Below are positions 8,041 through 18,055 of a stretch of DNA of 64,000 nucleotides, piece by piece. The translations under genes were made by a program, and so were the position numbers. Source of the stretch: Bacteroidota bacterium (GTDB taxonomy: Bacteria > Bacteroidota > Bacteroidia > Bacteroidales > GCA-2748055); assembly GCA_003648635.1 (NCBI GenBank), contig QMPQ01000001.1, positions 8,474-72,473 on the forward strand, read 5' to 3'. A model generated the notes under the pieces. That model was not told the DNA's origin. It saw only the letters and a program-made list of their open reading frames with translations, and made no database searches. Numbering within the stretch: the stretch's first letter is position 1; every line of letters begins with the position of its first letter.

Positions 8041-10452
8041 CTACAAGTTAAGCAAGTCTTTAAAATCAGTGGGGATAAATGATAATATTTCTCCTTTTGT
8101 TGTCTCCTGGGAAATAAGTTTCCCATTGTACCTCAAATTCAATTTGTTTCCTGCAAGAGATTTAACTTCTACGGATATCAATGTTTCATTTTCCCATTCA
8201 ATGGATATCTCAAAAGCACCTCTACCCAAAATACCTGAAATACTTCCATTGGAAAGAGCTGAGGGAAGAGCAGGAAGGATATCCTGAAAGTAGTCGCCGT
8301 TTTCATCCCGCAAATGCGATTGTAACAGCATTTCGGTAATTCCAGAAGTAGCACCAAAATTCCCATCTATCTGGAAAGGAGGATGCGCATCAAACAAGTT
8401 CAGATATAAGCCGCCCTTATCTTTCATTTCAACACCTTGAGTAATGGATGGCACCATTAAATTCCGAAGCAATAAAAATGAATGATCTCCATCTAAAAGT
8501 CTTGCCCAGAAATTGATTTTCCAAGCCCTGGACCATCCGGTACCACCGTCGCCCCGATGTGAAAGGGTCACTTTACATGCTTCGGCTAAAGCGGGAGTTG
8601 TTGAAGGATGAATTTCATTGCCCGGATGTAGCCCCCATAGATGAGACACATGACGGTGCTCGTTTTCAGGATCGTCCTTGTCAATGAGCCATTCTTGTAA
8701 TTGCCCGTGTTTACCAATTAAATTGGGCGCGATCTTAGCTCGTTTCTCCTTGACTATTTCAATGAACTCAGCATCCACGCCAAGTATTTCGGCAGCCTCA
8801 ACGGTGTTGGCAAACAGATTTCTGATAATCTGATGATCCATCGTCGGGGCCATTACCAATCCACCTATCTCAGGGCTATTACTTGGACCACTTACCAGCC
8901 ATTCTGGATTATTGGGATCGGGAACCAGGTATCCGACAAAAAACCTTGATGCCTCTTTTAGAATAGGATAGGCTGTGTTTTTTAAAAATTCTTTGTCATT
9001 GGTATATTGATAATGCCACCACAAATTCTGACTTAACCACGCTCCGCCAGTAGGCCAAAGGCCATGATTTGCATTATTAATGGGTGCAGCACCTCGCCAA
9101 ATATCTGTATTATGATGCGTGACCCAACCATCCAGCATATAATGTTCTTTCGCAGTTTTTTGTCCGGTGATCGCCAGCTCTTCTATCATCAGAGTCAGTG
9201 GTTCAGTTAACTCTGAAAGATTAGTCATCTCGGCTAGCCAGTAATTCATTTCGGTATTAATATTGATGGTGTATTTGCTATCCCAGGGGGGCGCTAGCTT
9301 GTCGTTCCAAATTCCCTGTAAATTGGCGGGTTGCGTACCTGCCCGCGATGACGAAATCAACAAATACCTTCCATATTGATATAACAGGGAAACCATATTC
9401 GGATCTTCATCTTGCTTAAAAGAGGTCAATCGTTCATTGGTTGGACGCATTGAAATATCTGATTTCCCCAAATCAAGTTCAACCCGATTAAATAATGCGC
9501 GAAAATCTCTTATGTGATTATCTTTTAGTGTTTTATATGATATGCCATTTAGCTTGCTGAGGTACTTTTCACAAAGTTCTGCAGGGTTTCCGCTGATATC
9601 CTGATAGTTGACAAAACTGCTTGCGGCGACTAGATACAAAGTGGCATTATCGGCGTTAATGACTTTGATTGTATTTCCATCTTTTACCAATTCTCCCCCC
9701 TCGTTTACTACCTTTAAGCGTGCTTCAAAGGTGAGTTTGCTTTCAGGATAAGGCTTAAGCTGCGCATCTAAGATCTTAGGATAATTATTCGCTTTTCCTT
9801 TTAGAATAACTTCATCGTCTTCTACTAATACCTCATATTTTTCGTGTGGAGAATCTAAACCGATCGTAAAATCTAATTCGCCCCTGTTTGATGCTTCGAT
9901 ATGTATTACAAGAGCCTGATTCGGTTCTGATGCAAAAACCTCACGTGTAAATATCGTGCCTTCCGTTTCATAAACCACCGATGAAATAGCATCCTCTAAA
10001 TCCAGTTGCCTTTTATAAGAGGTTGTATTTTTATGCTTTTGGAAATCTAGCACTACATTTCCAAATGGCTGATAACAAAACTGACCAAAAGGTTGCGACA
10101 TAAATCGCTCATTACCCAGTCTGTGAGCCTTTTCTTGTTTTCCTTCCCATAGCAAGTGACGGAGTTCACTCAATACTTCATGGGCACCCTCATGTGCATA
10201 ATCATGGGGCTGTCCTGTCCAAAGTGTTTCTTCATTAAACTGAATGACTTCTTTTTCAATACCTCCATATACCATAGCTCCCAAACGACCATTTCCAAGG
10301 GGAAGTGCTTCAGACCAGTTCGTGGCAGGTTTATCATACCATAGCATCACCGATGGATTCTCTTCCTTATCTGTTTTTATACTGTTGCAAGAAAACAGTG
10401 ATAAAAAGGAAAGTACCAGGACCAATAGACTTAGTTGTTTTTTAAATTTCAT
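8041..10452 (-). CDS. Glycoside hydrolase family 95 (alpha-L-fucosidase-like) lipoprotein
   Basis: 803 aa with signal/lipobox LSLFSCNS. The N-terminal block WYDKPATNWSEALPLGNGRLGAMVYGG is characteristic of GH95. Confidence 0.8.
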   Translation of the reverse strand: MKFKKQLSLLVLVLSFLSLFSCNSIKTDKEENPSVMLWYDKPATNWSEALPLGNGRLGAMVYGGIEKEVIQFNEETLWTGQPHDYAHEGAHEVLSELRHLLWEGKQEKAHRLGNERFMSQPFGQFCYQPFGNVVLDFQKHKNTTSYKRQLDLEDAISSVVYETEGTIFTREVFASEPNQALVIHIEASNRGELDFTIGLDSPHEKYEVLVEDDEVILKGKANNYPKILDAQLKPYPESKLTFEARLKVVNEGGELVKDGNTIKVINADNATLYLVAASSFVNYQDISGNPAELCEKYLSKLNGISYKTLKDNHIRDFRALFNRVELDLGKSDISMRPTNERLTSFKQDEDPNMVSLLYQYGRYLLISSSRAGTQPANLQGIWNDKLAPPWDSKYTININTEMNYWLAEMTNLSELTEPLTLMIEELAITGQKTAKEHYMLDGWVTHHNTDIWRGAAPINNANHGLWPTGGAWLSQNLWWHYQYTNDKEFLKNTAYPILKEASRFFVGYLVPDPNNPEWLVSGPSNSPEIGGLVMAPTMDHQIIRNLFANTVEAAEILGVDAEFIEIVKEKRAKIAPNLIGKHGQLQEWLIDKDDPENEHRHVSHLWGLHPGNEIHPSTTPALAEACKVTLSHRGDGGTGWSRAWKINFWARLLDGDHSFLLLRNLMVPSITQGVEMKDKGGLYLNLFDAHPPFQIDGNFGATSGITEMLLQSHLRDENGDYFQDILPALPSALSNGSISGILGRGAFEISIEWENETLISVEVKSLAGNKLNLRYNGKLISQETTKGEILSFIPTDFKDLLNL

Positions 10453-10560
10453 GTTTTTTTGGTTTGTGGAATGGTCTCACAAAAACGTTGAACTCAATTG
10501 CAAATAAAATTAAGAATTCAAGCTTATAAATTCAATGAACTGGCTTGATAGAAAATCAAC

Positions 10561-10568
10561 TATCTTTG
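10561..10568 (+). promoter_or_regulatory. Bacteroidota -7 promoter box (TAnnTTTG) for gpmI
   Basis: TATCTTTG lies 21 nt upstream of the gpmI ATG. Confidence 0.5.
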
Positions 10569-10589
10569 TGCGATTAAATAGCATAAGAT

Positions 10590-12113
10590 ATGAGCACTAA
10601 GAAAACACTCCTGATGATTCTCGATGGCTGGGGTCTTGGAAAAGGCGACAAAGCCGATGTAATTAGTCACGTAGCTACCCCAAATATGGACAGACTTGAG
10701 AAGGAGTATCCTTTTTCCCAACTTCATGCCTCAGGAGAGAATGTAGGATTGCCAGACGGACAGATGGGTAATTCGGAGGTGGGACACCTCAATATTGGTG
10801 CGGGTAGAGTGGTGTATCAGGACCTGGTGAAGATTAATATGGCCGTGAAGGATGGATCCATTGGCGAGAATCCTGCATTGGTTGAGGCTTTCAGTTATGC
10901 ACGGGACAATCAGAAGCAGGTACATTTTATGGGCTTGTTATCTGATGGAGGAGTCCATTCGCTGGACAAGCACCTTTACAAGCTTTGCGACATGACTGGC
11001 GATTACGGGATCAAGGATGTTTTTGTGCATGCTTTTGGTGATGGTCGCGATACCGATCCCCAGAGCGGAAAGGGATATATGGAGAACCTGAGCAAACATC
11101 TTGCCACGTCAAACGGCAAAGTGGCCTCCTTCATAGGAAGGTTTTATGCCATGGACCGGGATAATCGCTGGGAGCGGATCAAGGAAGCATACGATCTGCT
11201 GGTGCACGGAAAGGGCAGAGCAGCTACTGATGTGCTGACAGCTCTCCAGCAATCTTATGACAATGGTGTGACAGATGAGTTTGTTAAGCCTATCGTAATA
11301 GTGGATGAGGAGAACAAGCCCCTGGGGACTCTCCAGGATGGCGATGTGGTGGTCTTTATCAATTTCAGGAACGACCGGGCCAAAGAGCTGACCATTGCTC
11401 TTACCCAGAAGGAAATGCCGGAGTATGATATGCATACCATTCCTATGCATTATTGCACCATGACTCCTTACGATGCCAAATTCGAGGGACTGCACATAAT
11501 TTACGATAAGGACAATGTAAGCAACACAATGGGCGAAGTGCTCTCAGAAGCCGGCTTGAAGCAGCTTCGTATTGCCGAAACAGAAAAGTATGCCCATGTG
11601 ACCTTTTTCTTCTCGGGAGGAAGGGAAGCGGAATTTACAAATGAGAACCGGATCCTGGTTCCCTCACCAAAGGTAGCCACCTACGATCTTCAGCCTGAAA
11701 TGAGTGCCTTCAAGGTGAAAGATGCGGTGATTAAGGATATCAATGAGAACGGTCCGGATTTTATCTGTCTCAATTTTGCCAATGGCGATATGGTGGGCCA
11801 TACCGGCGTCTATGCATCCATTGAAAAAGCAGTAAGCACCGTGGATCAATGTGTTGGTGAGGTGGTGAAGGCAGCCAGAAATAAGGGCTATGATGTCATG
11901 ATCATTGCCGATCATGGAAATGCCGATAATGCGGTGAATGCTGATGGCTCACCCAATACAGCTCATTCCCTGAACCCGGTACCTTGTATCATGGTTACAG
12001 AAAACTACTCGAGTGTTGGTGAAGGAATCCTGGCTGATGTGGCTCCGACTCTTCTGCACATCATGGGAGTGGAGCAGCCGGAAGAAATGACAGGTAAGGT
12101 ATTGGTATCCTAG
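10590..12113 (+). CDS. gpmI: 2,3-bisphosphoglycerate-independent phosphoglycerate mutase
   Basis: 507 aa. The N-terminus LMILDGWG and the blocks [15 protein letters not shown] and ADHGNA are iPGM signatures. Confidence 0.95.
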   Translation: MSTKKTLLMILDGWGLGKGDKADVISHVATPNMDRLEKEYPFSQLHASGENVGLPDGQMGNSEVGHLNIGAGRVVYQDLVKINMAVKDGSIGENPALVEAFSYARDNQKQVHFMGLLSDGGVHSLDKHLYKLCDMTGDYGIKDVFVHAFGDGRDTDPQSGKGYMENLSKHLATSNGKVASFIGRFYAMDRDNRWERIKEAYDLLVHGKGRAATDVLTALQQSYDNGVTDEFVKPIVIVDEENKPLGTLQDGDVVVFINFRNDRAKELTIALTQKEMPEYDMHTIPMHYCTMTPYDAKFEGLHIIYDKDNVSNTMGEVLSEAGLKQLRIAETEKYAHVTFFFSGGREAEFTNENRILVPSPKVATYDLQPEMSAFKVKDAVIKDINENGPDFICLNFANGDMVGHTGVYASIEKAVSTVDQCVGEVVKAARNKGYDVMIIADHGNADNAVNADGSPNTAHSLNPVPCIMVTENYSSVGEGILADVAPTLLHIMGVEQPEEMTGKVLVS

Positions 12114-12127
12114 GGAAGATGTATCTC

Positions 12128-13015
12128 CTAGCGGTTAATCATGGGGAGCATATCCGCTCGTAATTGCATAATGATTCTGCAGATTTCATCCAGATCCTCC
12201 GGCTTGTAGCTAATCTCTGCCACGTTTGCATGGAAGACCTGTGCATTATCGTCCATTTCAAAGCCTTCGCTTTCATAACGGATATCCACTCGGTCGTATA
12301 CTTGCTTGAGCTTATTTACGGTGTGCATATAGCGTCGCACCATTAAAGATTCTTGCTGATTAGCGAGTATTCCTGACAGGCTGTTCAGAGAGAATTTCTG
12401 CTGAAGAATACGATCACCCATCTCCTGGACTGTTTTCTCTTTATAAATAATAACCCCGATGTACATTGTCTCCAGCCAGCCTCCCAATAAGGAGAGGGAT
12501 GCAAGTGATAGCTGTTCGCTCTCCTGGAAATGATTGTCCATCTCCATATAGATTTCGTAGATCTGCTTTTTCAGGGAGTCAGGATTCTCCAGGTTAGATC
12601 GTTGTTCTCCGGGGGAATCTTCAAAAATTTCCCGGGGAAGGTCGAGTTTGTCGGCAAGTATTTCAATATGGCTGTAATACTCTGCCGATTCACTTATCCT
12701 TCCAAACAGGGCGCAGTAGCTGAGGTCTACTCCCAGAACCCCCAGCAAAAGAGCAATATGTTCCGGGTTTTCATACAAGGGGATCTTTTCGAGCGGACAG
12801 CTAATATCAGGATCGAATCCGGTTCCTGTCTCTTCAAAAAAGTTGACTATATCTGTAGGGATTTTCAGGGCATATACGATCTCCCCCCCCTGAAAAAAGG
12901 AAGAAGGATATTCGGAATCGGCGATAAAATCGGACTCGCCTGACTGGGAGCCTGAGGGATTGCAAGCATATAGAAAGAAGCTAAGGATAAGGGCTCGAAA
13001 AACAAGTCGAAACAT
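12128..13015 (-). CDS. Hypothetical lipoprotein (contains a G8 homopolymer at codons 42-45)
   Basis: 295 aa with signal/lipobox FFLYACNPSG. I recognised no family. It is same-strand and 41 nt downstream of the cytidylate-kinase-like gene. Confidence 0.6.
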   Translation of the reverse strand: MFRLVFRALILSFFLYACNPSGSQSGESDFIADSEYPSSFFQGGEIVYALKIPTDIVNFFEETGTGFDPDISCPLEKIPLYENPEHIALLLGVLGVDLSYCALFGRISESAEYYSHIEILADKLDLPREIFEDSPGEQRSNLENPDSLKKQIYEIYMEMDNHFQESEQLSLASLSLLGGWLETMYIGVIIYKEKTVQEMGDRILQQKFSLNSLSGILANQQESLMVRRYMHTVNKLKQVYDRVDIRYESEGFEMDDNAQVFHANVAEISYKPEDLDEICRIIMQLRADMLPMINR

Positions 13016-13056
13016 AGAATGGAATTGAGTTGGTTAGGGTAAATTTAAGAAATCTT

Positions 13057-13749
13057 TCATATCATGGAACGGGATCTTATGGCACCAATGATGATATCAA
13101 TTAACTCGTTCGGTTCCAGAGTCATACAGTTTAATTTGATATCAAAACGAGTATAATCGTTGCCTTTCCCCTGAAAGAAATCTCTGAATGTGGATCTTTT
13201 TTTATCGATGTTTTGTGCATAAGACCGGGCCTGGTCAATGGTATAATTGTGCTTGTCAGCTACCCGCAGGGCCCGCCACTCCAGAGGTGCTTCCAGGTAG
13301 ATGTGAAGCGATCGGGGAATATCCCTGGTGATGGCCACACCGCCTCTTCCTACGATAATAGCATTGCCGGCATTTGCAAAATTCCTGATCACCTTGGCAA
13401 TGGTGGTCCGGATCTTCATATCCGATTTGTAATAGTCCTTGGATTGAGCAAGTAGCAAATCTTCAAGAACCCCCCTTTTTTTGTAATCAAAGATATGCTG
13501 GATCTGGCTTGAATCCACCTCGAGCTCTTTCGCTGATTCCATCATAATCTCCTTGTCGATCCATCGCCATGGATGATCTTTCGAATGCTTCCTTTTCAAA
13601 GTATTCAACTTTTCGCTTAGGTCGGCAGCTATTTTTTTGGCCGGGCATCCCACCTCTCTCGACAGGGTCACAACCGGCCCCGGAAAGATGTTTTTAGCAG
13701 AATCCTCCTTGTACCAATTATCCAGGTATTTTGACAGATCGATTTTCAT
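13057..13749 (-). CDS. Cytidylate kinase-like family protein (P-loop NTPase fold, function unknown)
   Basis: 230 aa. The N-terminal GPVVTLSREVGCPAKKIA block and the overall pattern match the cytidylate kinase-like family, not bona fide Cmk. Confidence 0.55.
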   Translation of the reverse strand: MKIDLSKYLDNWYKEDSAKNIFPGPVVTLSREVGCPAKKIAADLSEKLNTLKRKHSKDHPWRWIDKEIMMESAKELEVDSSQIQHIFDYKKRGVLEDLLLAQSKDYYKSDMKIRTTIAKVIRNFANAGNAIIVGRGGVAITRDIPRSLHIYLEAPLEWRALRVADKHNYTIDQARSYAQNIDKKRSTFRDFFQGKGNDYTRFDIKLNCMTLEPNELIDIIIGAIRSRSMI

Positions 13750-13886
13750 GGTGCGTAAAAGAAGAGGTTCACCCTCAATTTACTATATTTACTACCCAAT
13801 GTCAAGGAATAGAGCCGCCCATGCTCTATTACATCAAATAATAAACCTAAATGTTACTACAACGTCTAATATTAAAACCCTAAACT

Positions 13887-14831
13887 ATGAACAAGATCAC
13901 TGTAATCGGTGCCGGAAATGTGGGTGCCACATGCGCCAACGTTATTGCCCATAAGGATCTGGCCAACGAGGTGGTTCTTCTTGATATTAAAGAAGGACTG
14001 GCCGAAGGAAAAGCGCTGGATATCTGGCAGACTTCCTCAATCAATCATTTCAACACCCGGGTTACCGGATCCACCAATGATTACCTGAAAACTAAAGGTT
14101 CGGGAATCATTGTAATCACATCTGGTATTCCAAGGAAGCCAGGAATGTCGCGTGACGACCTGATCAAGACGAATGCGAATATTGTGAAGGAGGTTACAGA
14201 AAAGGCGATCAAGTATTCACCCGATGCCATTATTATCGTGGTTTCGAATCCCCTTGACGTGATGACCTATGCTGCATTTCTGGCAGCTAACAAGGACCCG
14301 CATAAAGTATTTGGAATGGCGGGTATCCTGGATACAGGCCGCTACAAGGCTTTTTTGTCCACTGCCCTGGAAGTATCTCCCATCGATATTCATGCCATGT
14401 TGCTGGGAGGACACGGCGACACCATGGTCCCTCTTCCCAGGTATACCTCTGTTAGTGGAATCCCGGTAACCGAGTTACTGGGTCCGGCAGTTATTGAAAA
14501 AATTGTAGAGCGGACCCGTAAAGGGGGAGGCGAGCTGGTTAGCCTGATTGGTACTTCGGCCTGGTATGCTCCTGGTGCTGCCGTATCTCAGATGGTGGAG
14601 GCCATTGTGGATGACCAGAAAAGGATCTTCCCTGTTTGTGCCTATCTGGATGGGGAATACGGACAGAAAAAGCTCTACCTCGGAGTCCCTGTAAAACTGG
14701 GTAAAGGCGGCGTAGAAGAGATCATTGAGATCAGTCTGAATGCCGACGAGAAAAAGTTGCTTACATCCTCTGTCGAAAGTGTGAAAAAGGTGATGAAAGT
14801 ACTTGACGACATGAAACTCTTCGAGGAATAG
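13887..14831 (+). CDS. mdh: Malate dehydrogenase (LDH-like MDH)
   Basis: 314 aa with Rossmann motif KITVIGAGNVGAT and a catalytic-region GGHGDTMVP block. Confidence 0.93.
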   Translation: MNKITVIGAGNVGATCANVIAHKDLANEVVLLDIKEGLAEGKALDIWQTSSINHFNTRVTGSTNDYLKTKGSGIIVITSGIPRKPGMSRDDLIKTNANIVKEVTEKAIKYSPDAIIIVVSNPLDVMTYAAFLAANKDPHKVFGMAGILDTGRYKAFLSTALEVSPIDIHAMLLGGHGDTMVPLPRYTSVSGIPVTELLGPAVIEKIVERTRKGGGELVSLIGTSAWYAPGAAVSQMVEAIVDDQKRIFPVCAYLDGEYGQKKLYLGVPVKLGKGGVEEIIEISLNADEKKLLTSSVESVKKVMKVLDDMKLFEE

Positions 14832-14870
14832 GTCTAAGCATCAGGTTCTCAAAGAAATAAGTTTTAAGAA

Positions 14871-14909
14871 ATGCGTAATTGGCTTCCTTGCTGATTACGC
14901 ATTTTTTTT
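14871..14909 (+). terminator. Rho-independent terminator of mdh
   Basis: ATGCGTAAT (14871-14879) pairs with ATTACGCAT (14894-14902), giving a 9-bp stem that runs into a T-tract ending at 14909. Confidence 0.8.
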
Positions 14910-14942
14910 ATGGCTACCCTCCGAAGTGCAAAAAAATAGTGC

Positions 14943-14950
14943 TATATTTG
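14943..14950 (+). promoter_or_regulatory. -7 promoter box (TAnnTTTG) for secDF
   Basis: TATATTTG lies 50 nt upstream of the secDF ATG. Confidence 0.45.
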
Positions 14951-15000
14951 CGGCCTATTCGAAAAAGACAATCAAATAACTACTAATAAACTAGTTAAAA

Positions 15001-18000
15001 ATGCAAAATAAAGGTGCTATCAGGTTTTTTACGACTGTTCTGGCGCTGGTTAGTGTTTATCAGCTTCTGTTTACCGTGTTTTCACAGAAGGTGGAGCGTG
15101 ATGCCAGGGATATAGCCAACGGTGATGTCCGTATTGAACGATCCTACCTGGATTCTATGAAAGGTGAAGTAGTATATAATGTACTGTTTAAGAAATATAC
15201 CTACCTGGAGTGTAAAGAAAGAGAGGTCAACCTTGGCCTAGACCTTAAAGGTGGAATGAACGTCATTCTGGAGATCGCGGTTGAAGATATAATCCGCTCC
15301 CTGGCTGCAAATCAATTTCTGACAGATCCGGTGTTCATCGAGACCATGGCACTTGCTCATGAGAAGAAAAAAGATAGCCAGAGCGACTTTGTCAACCTGT
15401 TCGCTGAGGCCTTTGAGGAATTGAATCCAGGGGGACAACTGGCCCAGTTCTTTATGACCCCTGAGACCCGCGGTGATATAGATTTCAATACTACCAACGA
15501 TGAAGTAGTCACCTTTTTAAAGGTAGAGGCAGAAGATGCCATTGATAATTCCTATAATGTATTGCGTAACAGGATTGACCGTTTCGGTGTTGTTCAGCTC
15601 AATATTCAGAAGCTGGAGCGTCAGGGCAGGATCCTGGTGGAGCTTCCTGGTGTTAAAGAACCGGAAAGGGTAGCCAAATTGCTCACCGGAACTGCCAATC
15701 TGGAGTTCTGGACCACCTACCAGGCCTCTGAAGTATGGAACTACCTGGATCAGGCCAACCGTACACTGGCTGACATTTTGAGAGAAGACGGGATCACTGA
15801 GGAGATTGCTGATGTTGAAGCAGGAGAAGCCACTATTGAAGAGGAGGCCCAGGCAGAAGAGGACCTACTGGCTGCCGAAGATGATCTTCTGCTTGATACC
15901 TTGGGACTGGATCTGTTGACCGACCTGGATACCACCCAGGTCTTTGATGATCAGGAAACCCAATTTTACCGTGAAAACCCCCTGATTGCTGTTTTAACAC
16001 CCTACCTGGATAATGCTAGGAATTTTATTCCCGGATCGACGGTAGGTGTTGTACTTTTAAAAGATACTGCCAAGGTGAACGCTTACCTGGCCATTCCCCA
16101 GATCAGGCAGCTCTTCCCATCCGATTTGAAATTTGCATGGCACTTTCAGCCCCAGGGCGAAGAGCAAAATTTTATCAGGCTGCACTCGCTGAAGTCTACC
16201 AGGAATAACCAGCCGGTGATGGAAGGCAAATATGTGACCGATGCCAGGGTAGGTACCGATCCTTACACCGGCGAGTTTAATGTTAGTATGAACATGAACT
16301 CTGAAGGAGCTAAAAAATGGGCCAATGTGACCAGGGAGAATGTGAACCAGGCCATTGCCATTGTATTGGACGGACTTGTCTATTCTGCTCCCAACGTATC
16401 GGAGGAGATCAAGGGTGGAAGTTCTTCCATATCCGGTGATTTCTCTCAGACCGATGCAGATGACCTTGCCAATATCCTGAAGTCCGGTAAAATGCCGGCC
16501 CGTGCACGTATTGAGTCCAGCGAAGTGATTGGACCCTCACTGGGGGCCAAATCTGTTAAGGATGGACTAAATTCATTTTTAATTGCCTTTGTGGTGGTAC
16601 TGGCCTATATGTTATTTTACTATAGTCGCAGGGCCGGTATGGTGGCAGATATTGCTTTGATTGCCAATATGTTCTTCCTGATGGGAGTGCTTGCATCGCT
16701 TCAGGCGGTACTTACTCTACCAGGTATTGCCGGTATTGTGCTGACCATTGGTATGTCGGTGGATGCGAATGTGCTGATTTATGAACGGATCCGGGAAGAG
16801 CTTGCGGCCGGGAAGAACCTGAAGACAGCCATCAAGGATGGATACAGGAATGCCTATTCGGCTATTTTTGATGCACAGATTACCACCTTCCTGACAGGTT
16901 TGATCCTCTTCTTTTTCGGAACCGGTCCCATCAAAGGTTTTGCGACCACCCTGGTTATAGGTATCCTGACCTCTCTGTTCAGTGCTATTATCCTGACCAG
17001 GCTGATGTATGAGCGTATGCTGGCCAAAGGAACTAATATCACTTTCGATACCAAGGTTTCCAGGAATGCATTTAAAAATACCAAGATCGATTTCCTTGGA
17101 AAACGAAAGATCTTCTATATTATCTCAGGTTTGATTATTGCGGGAGGTATTGCTTCACTGGCCACCAAAGGGCTGAACACAGGTGTGGATTTTACGGGTG
17201 GACGCAACTATGTGATTGTCTTTAACCAGGAGGTGGAGACCACCGATGTGCAGGATCAACTGACGGCGGCCTTTGGATTGACTCCTACGGTGATTACCTA
17301 TGGGTCAAATATCAGGGTAACAACTAAATACCTGATTGATGATGATCGTCCTGAAGTGGATTCCATTATCAAGGCACAGATGTTTGAGGGACTTCAGCCT
17401 TTCCTGGATGATGATGCCACACTGGATGAGTTTATCAATGGACAGGACTATATTATCAGCTCGCACAAGGTAGGTCCTACCATTGCCGATGATATTAAGC
17501 GGACCGCAATACTTGTGATTGTTGCTTCCTTGCTGATCATCTTCCTCTACATCCTGGCCAGGTTCCGCAACTGGCAGTTTGGTCTTGGTGCCCTGGCAGC
17601 ACTGATGCATGATGTGCTGATTGTGCTCGGACTCTTTTCCATACTGGATGGAATAATGCCATTCTCGCTGGAGCTGGATCAATCATTTATAGCAGCCATA
17701 CTTACCGTGGTGGGTTATTCCATAAATGATACCGTGGTGGTATTTGACCGGATCAGGGAATATGTGGGACTGCAGAAGAAGCGGGAGCGCAAAGATATCA
17801 TTAATACTGCCCTGAACAGCACGCTGAGTCGTACATTCAGTACCTCATTGAGTACCTTCTTTGTACTGCTGGCCATCTTTGTTTTTGGAGGGGATGTGAT
17901 CAGAGGCTTTGCATTTGCACTCATGCTTGGTGTGATAGTAGGTACCTATTCATCACTGTTTATTGCAACACCGGTGGTATATGATACTGTAAAAGGAGAT

Positions 18001-18039
18001 GAAACAACACGTATACTTAAAGGTGCTGTAAGAAAATAG
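15001..18039 (+). CDS. secDF: Protein translocase subunit SecDF (fused SecD-SecF)
   Basis: 1012 aa. An N-terminal TM and large periplasmic domain are followed by two 6-TM SecD/SecF blocks (LDGLVYSAP, GPSLG, VGYSINDTVVVFDRIRE). The fusion is typical of Bacteroidota. Confidence 0.95.
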   Translation: MQNKGAIRFFTTVLALVSVYQLLFTVFSQKVERDARDIANGDVRIERSYLDSMKGEVVYNVLFKKYTYLECKEREVNLGLDLKGGMNVILEIAVEDIIRSLAANQFLTDPVFIETMALAHEKKKDSQSDFVNLFAEAFEELNPGGQLAQFFMTPETRGDIDFNTTNDEVVTFLKVEAEDAIDNSYNVLRNRIDRFGVVQLNIQKLERQGRILVELPGVKEPERVAKLLTGTANLEFWTTYQASEVWNYLDQANRTLADILREDGITEEIADVEAGEATIEEEAQAEEDLLAAEDDLLLDTLGLDLLTDLDTTQVFDDQETQFYRENPLIAVLTPYLDNARNFIPGSTVGVVLLKDTAKVNAYLAIPQIRQLFPSDLKFAWHFQPQGEEQNFIRLHSLKSTRNNQPVMEGKYVTDARVGTDPYTGEFNVSMNMNSEGAKKWANVTRENVNQAIAIVLDGLVYSAPNVSEEIKGGSSSISGDFSQTDADDLANILKSGKMPARARIESSEVIGPSLGAKSVKDGLNSFLIAFVVVLAYMLFYYSRRAGMVADIALIANMFFLMGVLASLQAVLTLPGIAGIVLTIGMSVDANVLIYERIREELAAGKNLKTAIKDGYRNAYSAIFDAQITTFLTGLILFFFGTGPIKGFATTLVIGILTSLFSAIILTRLMYERMLAKGTNITFDTKVSRNAFKNTKIDFLGKRKIFYIISGLIIAGGIASLATKGLNTGVDFTGGRNYVIVFNQEVETTDVQDQLTAAFGLTPTVITYGSNIRVTTKYLIDDDRPEVDSIIKAQMFEGLQPFLDDDATLDEFINGQDYIISSHKVGPTIADDIKRTAILVIVASLLIIFLYILARFRNWQFGLGALAALMHDVLIVLGLFSILDGIMPFSLELDQSFIAAILTVVGYSINDTVVVFDRIREYVGLQKKRERKDIINTALNSTLSRTFSTSLSTFFVLLAIFVFGGDVIRGFAFALMLGVIVGTYSSLFIATPVVYDTVKGDETTRILKGAVRK

Positions 18040-18055
18040 ATATTTAGATTATACC

